Shown piece by piece: positions 57,251 through 64,000 of a stretch of 64,000 nucleotides of DNA. The DNA lies in assembly GCA_002269645.1 (NCBI GenBank), contig NIVC01001020.1, forward strand, positions 62,001 through 126,000. The letters are read 5' to 3'. This stretch comes from Macrostomum lignano. Lineage: Eukaryota. Both the position numbers and the translations under genes were made by a program. Under the pieces are notes generated by a model. The model saw nothing but the letters and a program-made list of their open reading frames with translations. It had not been told where the DNA came from and did no database searches. The number at the start of each line of letters is the position of its first letter. Position 1 is the stretch's first letter.

Positions 57251-60200
57251 TCAGGGAGGTCTGCCGGTCCTGTCTGCAGCGTTGTCTTCGGTGGGGAAGA
57301 CGGAGGCTCGCTTGGTGGCCCGGAGGAACCGGATGAGCCGTGGGATGTTCTCGGGCCGGCAAACGTCGTCCAGGGACGGGTTGGGCCCGAGGTGGTTGAG
57401 CCGGTCTCGGTTGAAGGCCGGGCAGTAGCAGACGAAGTGCATGGCATCTTCATTCTCGAGGCTGCAGAAGGGGCAGAGTTCACTCCGGCGAACACATCGG
57501 AGGAAGCAGTGCCTGGCAAAGCAACCGTGACCTGTGAAGGTCATAGTGAGAGCGCGGATATCTTTTCGATTTTGATTCAAAAGGATTCTCCGCAGCTTGA
57601 GGGACGGATTGGGCACTGCCGCACGAGATTGGCGGCAGTTGGAGATACCATCCCATCTGCGCAAGTGCAGGATGTCCGCCCAGTCGTTAATCTGACGATT
57701 AATGACTGTGGCGGGGATGGGGGCCAGGGGCACGGGGCCAAGGGGCGAGCCGGAACAGCCCGCCTTAGCGAGGGAGTCGGCGAGCTCGTTACCTTTGAAG
57801 CCGGCGTGTCCTGGGATCCACGTGAGCCGGACGGTGTTCCTCCGAGCCAGCTTGTTGAGCTGCCCGATACAGTCGCGGACTGTTCGGGAGTTCGTAGTGG
57901 TGTGACACAGGGCCTGTAAAGCGGCCTGGCTGTCAGAGTGGAAGAAGATTCTTCTGTCCTTGAAGTCCTTGCGGTGGAGCTCAGCTGCACAGGAGCTGAT
58001 GGCAAGGACTTCATTCTGGAAGACGCTGGAGAGTCTGCCAGTGTGTTGGGCGTGAGTAGCAATCACGCGGCCGTTGATAAGGATGCAGACTCCAAAGCCG
58101 GATAAACCGTCTTTGGAGGATCCGTCAGTGAAGCAGTGAACCTCCTGAGGGGCCCAGCTGTCGTTGGCGTTCTCCCTGGAGGGGATCGTGACCTTGAAGC
58201 GTTGGTAGAGGTTGAGGGAGCGCGGTTCAGCGTCCGAAAGGACAGCCGCACTCCCACTCTCCTCCAGAACTTTAAGGCACAGGTCAGAGTGCGGCAGGAG
58301 CTTGCGCTTCGCCATCGCTCTTTGTGGCTTGAAGCTAACACCAGCCTCGATGAGCCGGCGGGTGGTTTTAGCAGCCTCGCGACGGACAAAGATGTCCAGA
58401 GGCGGGAGGCAGAGAAAGGCGTTGAGGCCGTCAAAGGGAGCAGAGAGCGGGGCATTCAGGATCATGCGGCACGCACGTCCCTGCACCTTTTTGAGGGCTT
58501 CGTGGCAGGTTTTAATCTGCAAGGCGCTGGTCCAGACCAGGCCGGCGTATGTAACGGCCGGTCGGACCATTGCGGTATAGATCCACCAGAGACGCTTTGG
58601 GGTGAGGCCCCAGGTGGTGCCGACGGCTCTGCGCAGCTGCGCAAGAATCGCGAGGGCTTTTTTGGTTTTGGCCTGGACGTGGGTGGACCAGCTCAGCCGG
58701 TGGTCCAGCGTAACGCCGAGACACTTGGTTTGCTTGCAGGATGGAATTTCCACCCCGTAAAGCTTTAGTGGGCGAATACGCCAGTTTACCCTGCTGGTGA
58801 ACATGATCGCGACAGTTTTGGTCTCGGAGAGCCTGAGGCCGCACCTGTCCGCCCAACGTTCAGCAGAGCGAATGAAGTTTTGCAAAAGATCTCTAAGGGT
58901 TTCAGGTGACGGTCCGGATGCCACGGCTGTGACATCATCGGCGTAACCGACCTTGAGGATGGGGTCAAGATGGCTGTCCTGGAGGAGCTCATCGATGACC
59001 ATGTTCCAGAGAACTGGAGAGAGGACACCGCCCTGGGGGCTGCCTTTGCAGACGGTTACCGTCCGTTGGTGGCCCAACAGGTGTGCGGTGGCAGTACGGT
59101 GGCTGATCATATACATGATCCACCGGGTGAGGTGCGAGTGGGTTCCTCTAGCACGTAGAGCTCTGTCAAAGGCCTCAAAGAGGACATTATCGAAGGCTCC
59201 AACAATGTCGAGGAAGACAGCGAGAGCGTAGCCATTACCAAGAACGGCTTTCTCCAGCATGTCAACCAGAACGTGAAGCGCGCTCTCCGTGGACCTGCCT
59301 GCCCGAAAGGCATGCTGGTTCTCACTGAGCGGCTTGTTCTTCAGTTCCACAGAGAGGAGGCGCCAGAGCACCAGTCTCTCTAACAGCTTCACCAATGAGG
59401 AGGTGAGGCTAATTGGTCTGAAGGATTTAATGGACCGGTAGTCCGGTCGGCCAGGCTTGGGGATAAAGACCACCTTGGCCTCGGTCCAGGATTTCGGAAC
59501 AAAGCCGAGCACAATGCAGGCTTTCAGAAGCCGGCAAAGGTTCCGCAGGAAACCGGTGCATTTCACCGCCTCCCGCAGGAAGGCTGGCACAACGCCGTCC
59601 GGTCCTGGGGATTTGAAGGGTTTGAAGGAGGAGACAGCTTTAGTAACGCGGTCCTCCGTGATGATTGAGTCAGCCAGTACGTGTCCGCCCACTGAGTGGT
59701 CAGGGGGGCCGGGCCTAGCTGGCTCGTTCGGGAAAAACGCTGTTAGCATCGCTTCCAGTGTTTCTCCTGGGTTCTCAGTGAGCGAGCCGTCGGCTCTCTT
59801 GACTGAGGAGAGTTTGGACATTTTGTCCAGGGTGAGGGCTTTAACGATTCTGGAGGTGGGGCGGGAGCCCTCAAGTTCCTCACAGTATTCGCGCCACTTG
59901 TTGGTTTTGGCGTTCCTAACCTGCCTCTTGAACTCGTGGATAGAGTTCAGGTAGGCGGTTTGGTCGGCCGGGTTTTTAGTTTTTTGGGCCCTGCGGTGAA
60001 GCCTTTTGGCTCTGCGACGGAGGTCGCCAAGCTGCGGGTTCCACCATGGGGCCGACTGTTTGCCTTTATATGCCTTTAGTGGGCATGAGGCTTCGAAGGC
60101 AGCAGTGAGCGAGTCCGTAAGTGCGGCCGCAAATTCATCTGCTTCTTCGCAGGTGTTGATGGAGACTGGAGCGCTAGTGCAACGATAGGTCTCCTCCAGG

Positions 60201-60955
60201 GCAAGCCTGAAGGCGGTCCAGTCGGTATTCCTAGCATTCCGTTTCCAGTAAAGCTGGCCTGCGTTACGGGCGCTGGCCAGCGTGAAAGAGATGAACTTGT
60301 GATCGGAGAGGGACGCCTCAGGAAGCACCCGCCATTCCCTAGTGCTCTGGAAGAGCCTGGGCGTGGCGAGGGTGGCATCCAGCACCTCCGATCGGCGTCC
60401 GTTATTGAAGGTAGGGGTACTACCCGAGTTACAGAACTCAAGGGTTGTAGTAGCAATATAAGCCAGGAAGTCTTCACCTCTCTGGTTTATATCAGAACTG
60501 CCCCAGTGGGTGTGGTGGGCATTGATGTCACCTGCCACGAGCAGCTCATAGTTTCTGGTGGAGCAGAGCTCGACCAGTGTGACAAGCTCTACTGGGATCA
60601 TCTCGCCGTCGCCCGGTAGGTAAACCGAGGCGATGAGGGTAGTCCTCCCAGGGAGTATGTCTTCAGACTGGATGACACAGATGTCCCTGGTGGACAGGTC
60701 TGATCTGAGCCATGCGTTAATAGAACTGGACACCATGATGCAGGATCTTGGTGCCAGGTTTCCCTCCCGGGTACCAGCGGTTAAACACTGGTAGCCGGTG
60801 GGGACATGTTGGGGGCTGCCCCTAAGCGTCCAAGGTTCCTGGATAAGGATAATCCCTGGCACGTATTGGTCAGTGTGCTTCAAGAGGTTGACTGAAGCAG
60901 CAATGCTGTGCTGCAGGTTGACCTGCAAGCAGTGGATGCCCTGGGAGACAGTCAT
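57251..60955 (-). CDS. LINE ORF2: AP endonuclease, RT, RNase H, CCHC
   Basis: QVNLQH, IQEPW, GDINAHH..WGS, SDH; PQGGVLSP, YADD; FTDGS, E, SDSQAAL, WIPGH, NELAD; CPFC...H...C. Confidence 0.96.
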   Translation of the reverse strand: MTVSQGIHCLQVNLQHSIAASVNLLKHTDQYVPGIILIQEPWTLRGSPQHVPTGYQCLTAGTREGNLAPRSCIMVSSSINAWLRSDLSTRDICVIQSEDILPGRTTLIASVYLPGDGEMIPVELVTLVELCSTRNYELLVAGDINAHHTHWGSSDINQRGEDFLAYIATTTLEFCNSGSTPTFNNGRRSEVLDATLATPRLFQSTREWRVLPEASLSDHKFISFTLASARNAGQLYWKRNARNTDWTAFRLALEETYRCTSAPVSINTCEEADEFAAALTDSLTAAFEASCPLKAYKGKQSAPWWNPQLGDLRRRAKRLHRRAQKTKNPADQTAYLNSIHEFKRQVRNAKTNKWREYCEELEGSRPTSRIVKALTLDKMSKLSSVKRADGSLTENPGETLEAMLTAFFPNEPARPGPPDHSVGGHVLADSIITEDRVTKAVSSFKPFKSPGPDGVVPAFLREAVKCTGFLRNLCRLLKACIVLGFVPKSWTEAKVVFIPKPGRPDYRSIKSFRPISLTSSLVKLLERLVLWRLLSVELKNKPLSENQHAFRAGRSTESALHVLVDMLEKAVLGNGYALAVFLDIVGAFDNVLFEAFDRALRARGTHSHLTRWIMYMISHRTATAHLLGHQRTVTVCKGSPQGGVLSPVLWNMVIDELLQDSHLDPILKVGYADDVTAVASGPSPETLRDLLQNFIRSAERWADRCGLRLSETKTVAIMFTSRVNWRIRPLKLYGVEIPSCKQTKCLGVTLDHRLSWSTHVQAKTKKALAILAQLRRAVGTTWGLTPKRLWWIYTAMVRPAVTYAGLVWTSALQIKTCHEALKKVQGRACRMILNAPLSAPFDGLNAFLCLPPLDIFVRREAAKTTRRLIEAGVSFKPQRAMAKRKLLPHSDLCLKVLEESGSAAVLSDAEPRSLNLYQRFKVTIPSRENANDSWAPQEVHCFTDGSSKDGLSGFGVCILINGRVIATHAQHTGRLSSVFQNEVLAISSCAAELHRKDFKDRRIFFHSDSQAALQALCHTTTNSRTVRDCIGQLNKLARRNTVRLTWIPGHAGFKGNELADSLAKAGCSGSPLGPVPLAPIPATVINRQINDWADILHLRRWDGISNCRQSRAAVPNPSLKLRRILLNQNRKDIRALTMTFTGHGCFARHCFLRCVRRSELCPFCSLENEDAMHFVCYCPAFNRDRLNHLGPNPSLDDVCRPENIPRLIRFLRATKRASVFPTEDNAADRTGRPP

Positions 60956-60957
60956 GT

Positions 60958-62487
60958 CTACTGTCCAGGGGAGGAGAAAAGCAACTCATTCTCAGCCTCA
61001 TCGGTGAGAGTTGAGTCGCCAATTTCCATTGGCTCAGGCTCAGCCGCCTCCCCAGCCGCCGCGGAGGCGGACACGGCGCCCACGGCAGGTGAGTCACCTA
61101 GCCGCGCTACACCGCCCTCCTCCCCAGCGACTGGGGTACGGCTGCTGCCTTCGCCTTGCGCCCCGCCGTCGGGAGTCTGAGCTCGGCCGGCAGCGTCCTC
61201 CTGGTGGTAATCCCACCAGTTGGAAGGCTGAGCCGTGCCGTCGTCCAGTTCCCTCGGCTGGCTTTCAGTGTTTTTTCGAGCGGCACGAGTCTGCTCGAGG
61301 TGAAGTCTCAGAGACTGAGCTTCGTCAAGTGCGCGCTGGATTAGACCGGACCGCCGGCTACTGCGGGCGGGTCTACGTCCGCGCGAGGCGGACTCAGCAG
61401 CGCGAATAGCCTTGTTAGGCTCGGGATCGGGTTGCTGCTGCCGCTTGGCCGGCGGGGCATGAGCCCCAGCTCCGGGAGCGGCGCGCTTCCCGTCTTTCTT
61501 GGTCTCCACCTTGCCCTCCTCACAGCGGAGGATGGTCAGTTGATGGAGACCAAGGTGGAGGTTTGTGCCGTGCGGTAGCCGCTTGGCCCATCCCTCCGTC
61601 AGGCCGAGGATGACTGTGGCCCCGGTCGTGCCCTTGCGGACCGTGCTGTGGTACACAAGACCACTGGCGTCGAGATCCGGGTGCCGCTTGAGCAGGAGCT
61701 GCCGCAGCTGCTCCCCGGACTTGATTGCACTGTCGGCCGGGACCCAAATCCGATGGCGGATGGTCTTCGGCCGCTCGCTCTCCAAGGCGAAGGTCAGCTG
61801 GCCCAGGTCGCTGTGCCAGTCGAACTTGGGCAGCTGATCCCGCAGGAGCTGGGTGCTCTCCTCGGATTTGCACCACAGTAGGATGCACCCGTTCGCCTTG
61901 GTGGACTTGACGATGTCCACGAAGACGCCCTCCAGGGTTAGATTGAGCAAGCCCTCGTCGATGGTACGCCACGCGACGTCGAGCTGCTCGGGCGTCAGGT
62001 CGAAATCCCCGCCGAGGATCATCACGGCGGGTTGCAGCGGCTGCTTGACCTTGGACGCGTAGGACTCGGAGGTCTTGAGCGGGGCCGCTTTGTCTTTGGA
62101 AGGCGGTAGGCCGGCAGGGTTGCCCCCCTGAGAGCCCGAGGACACGGCGGTTCCTGACGGCCCAGCCGCGCCACCGGACTCCCCAGAGGGCCTCCCCGCT
62201 GCGGTGGCTCCCGAAGGCCTCACCGCGGCTTGCGTGCCCTCCTCAGACGCAGCAGCAGCCCGCTTCTCCTGCCGCTTACGGTTGCGGCGGATGTTCCGCT
62301 GTCGTCGAGACTCGGCCGTGCGCGGTCGGCTAGACTGGCGGCCAGGGTGATCGGCGGCAGCGTCAGCTGGCCCGGTTGGACCAGGTTGGGCGTTGGTGCT
62401 ACCAGTGGTAGCTACCGGAGCGGCTGATCCCGGTGAGCCAGAGGCGACCGGGTCAGTTTCTTTAGGGATGGTGGCGTTAGTGGCCAT
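60958..62487 (-). CDS. LINE ORF1 (509 aa; basic N-terminus, central domain resembling LOA-type ORF1)
   Basis: Uninterrupted ORF inside the TSD-bounded element; its stop is 2 nt before the ORF2 ATG. Confidence 0.88.
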   Translation of the reverse strand: MATNATIPKETDPVASGSPGSAAPVATTGSTNAQPGPTGPADAAADHPGRQSSRPRTAESRRQRNIRRNRKRQEKRAAAASEEGTQAAVRPSGATAAGRPSGESGGAAGPSGTAVSSGSQGGNPAGLPPSKDKAAPLKTSESYASKVKQPLQPAVMILGGDFDLTPEQLDVAWRTIDEGLLNLTLEGVFVDIVKSTKANGCILLWCKSEESTQLLRDQLPKFDWHSDLGQLTFALESERPKTIRHRIWVPADSAIKSGEQLRQLLLKRHPDLDASGLVYHSTVRKGTTGATVILGLTEGWAKRLPHGTNLHLGLHQLTILRCEEGKVETKKDGKRAAPGAGAHAPPAKRQQQPDPEPNKAIRAAESASRGRRPARSSRRSGLIQRALDEAQSLRLHLEQTRAARKNTESQPRELDDGTAQPSNWWDYHQEDAAGRAQTPDGGAQGEGSSRTPVAGEEGGVARLGDSPAVGAVSASAAAGEAAEPEPMEIGDSTLTDEAENELLFSSPGQ

Positions 62488-64000
62488 AGCTGAAAAGCGG
62501 GGGAGGGCTACTCGTTATGCGAGTTGAGTACCCGACTGGCCGACACCTCAAGCCAGCCGGTTTGAAAAAAGGACCGCTAGCGACCGGACTACTCCCCGGC
62601 CTTCCAGCCCATCGGCACGGTCAAACACCTTAGGCATTAGAGGGTACGTTAAGCAGTACCACGGCCTGCAGGCTGGTGAGCCAGACCCGCATACCCAAAT
62701 TCGGCCGAAGCCACTGGATAGGGTCGCCAGCGCCGGAGCCCAGTCTGTCCAGCAGCCCTAGGGTCTGCCTTGAACACACGCGGGGACGAGTACCCCTGGG
62801 TCGACTTGCGAGACAGCGTGGGGGAGTCTGCGGCTGCCAGAGGCAAATAGAGGGTGCAGACCTCCCACCAGCCTTGACCTGCTGAAGATGGGGGCAGGCG
62901 TGAAGCATCGCAGACCTTAGCTCGTAGGCCTAGTCTGTCTCATACTTCACTGGCATGCTGAATACGCCTTCGCGTGCACTACGTAATGCGTATAAAGTTG
63001 TTGATTTTCAGAATTTTGACGCAAAAAACGCAAATTATACTACTATCTGGAAATGAAGTAAGTAGTATATGAAAACGCTATCCTAAATTATAACCATTTT
63101 TCTTTAAAGGCTTAACCATGCTTAAGCTATTTTTCATGCACTGCCTTAAAATATGACACAAAATAACTCTTTAAATCCTAATCAGTCATATAGCCTACGG
63201 CTATAGCCTTATGTAAGATATTAAAATATTTGAAAAATTATATAAAAAGTAGTAGCAACTTCTTTGTTATAGTATTTTTCATCATGTTACTATTTATCAA
63301 AGCAGCGATCTGAAGACAAGATAACAGACAAGAGGTCAAGGCATTCTTTGTACAAAGATGTATAGACATAAGACATTCCCAGTTGTCTGAAACAAGACTC
63401 AAGAGAAATTGCACTCTGAGCCTTAAAATCGCACCTTGAAATTTGGCACAAGGTGCGATTTCGCACCTTGTCTCTGGCGAAAAAAAAACCCAGCTTACAC
63501 GCCTGTGCATACATTTATAGAAAATTATAGAAAAGTTACATCACATACGTTACACGTAAAAATGCGTACAAAATTAATTTTAATTATTCGTAGCTTTATA
63601 TCAACTTTCTAATTTTTACTTTGATATGTTGCTAGCGTTTCAGCCCCTAGCCGGGGCTCTTCCGCTAATAATATATTTGTTGCAATTACATTACAGTTTG
63701 ACCTTCTTTAAAACTTTGGCTGCTTTCTGCTTGTAAACTTTAACAAAGTTTTTTAGGTTAAATTTGACACAACCAAGGGAAACGATTTTTTAATATCTAT
63801 TAGATTAAAATTCTTCTTTGCCTTTAGGAAATACTTGTGACTTTTTTGATGAATACATTGGTCAATGCTTCATATATCAAACATTTCGATTTTTCCATTA
63901 TAATTTTTCGTTTTCGTTTTGTCTAAGTGAATTTACCCTTAGCCTTAACAGCTCCAACGGGTTATACGTCGTATTTGCGATCCAAAACTGTATTGCTCTA

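Larger units (their letters stand above)
57135..62977 (-). mobile_element. Full-length non-LTR retrotransposon (LINE, R1/LOA-like) with RNase H
   Basis: 14-bp TSD ACTACGTAATGCGT at 57121-57134 and 62978-62991; 3' tail of short TAAG/TCAAG repeats; two intact ORFs. Confidence 0.95.

Overview
Eukaryotic (animal) genomic DNA. GC-rich exons, minisatellite-filled introns and splice acceptors just before start codons suggest a flatworm such as Macrostomum; this is inference. From 1.9 to 43.5 kb there are seven co-oriented + strand genes: TRIP13/Pch2, an OSR1/SPAK kinase, ELAC1 RNase Z, YPEL5, TRMT13, a C8orf76-like gene and a 142-aa orphan. TRMT13 is split inside a coding exon by a very young 10-kb Ty3/Gypsy LTR retrotransposon (23012-33033, minus strand, TAAG target-site duplication, tRNA-Lys PBS, candidate -1 frameshift signal). 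After pol, this element carries an extra intact ORF encoding an HPD-containing DnaJ (J-domain) protein, the most striking feature of the window. The right part holds a frameshifted fibrinogen-domain gene, Gypsy, P-element and piggyBac relics, an intronless HEPN-like/TPR/Sel1/MYND gene, and a full-length APE-RT-RNase H LINE with a 14-bp TSD. Exon boundaries were read by eye from GT/AG sites and remembered homology; no database search was run.
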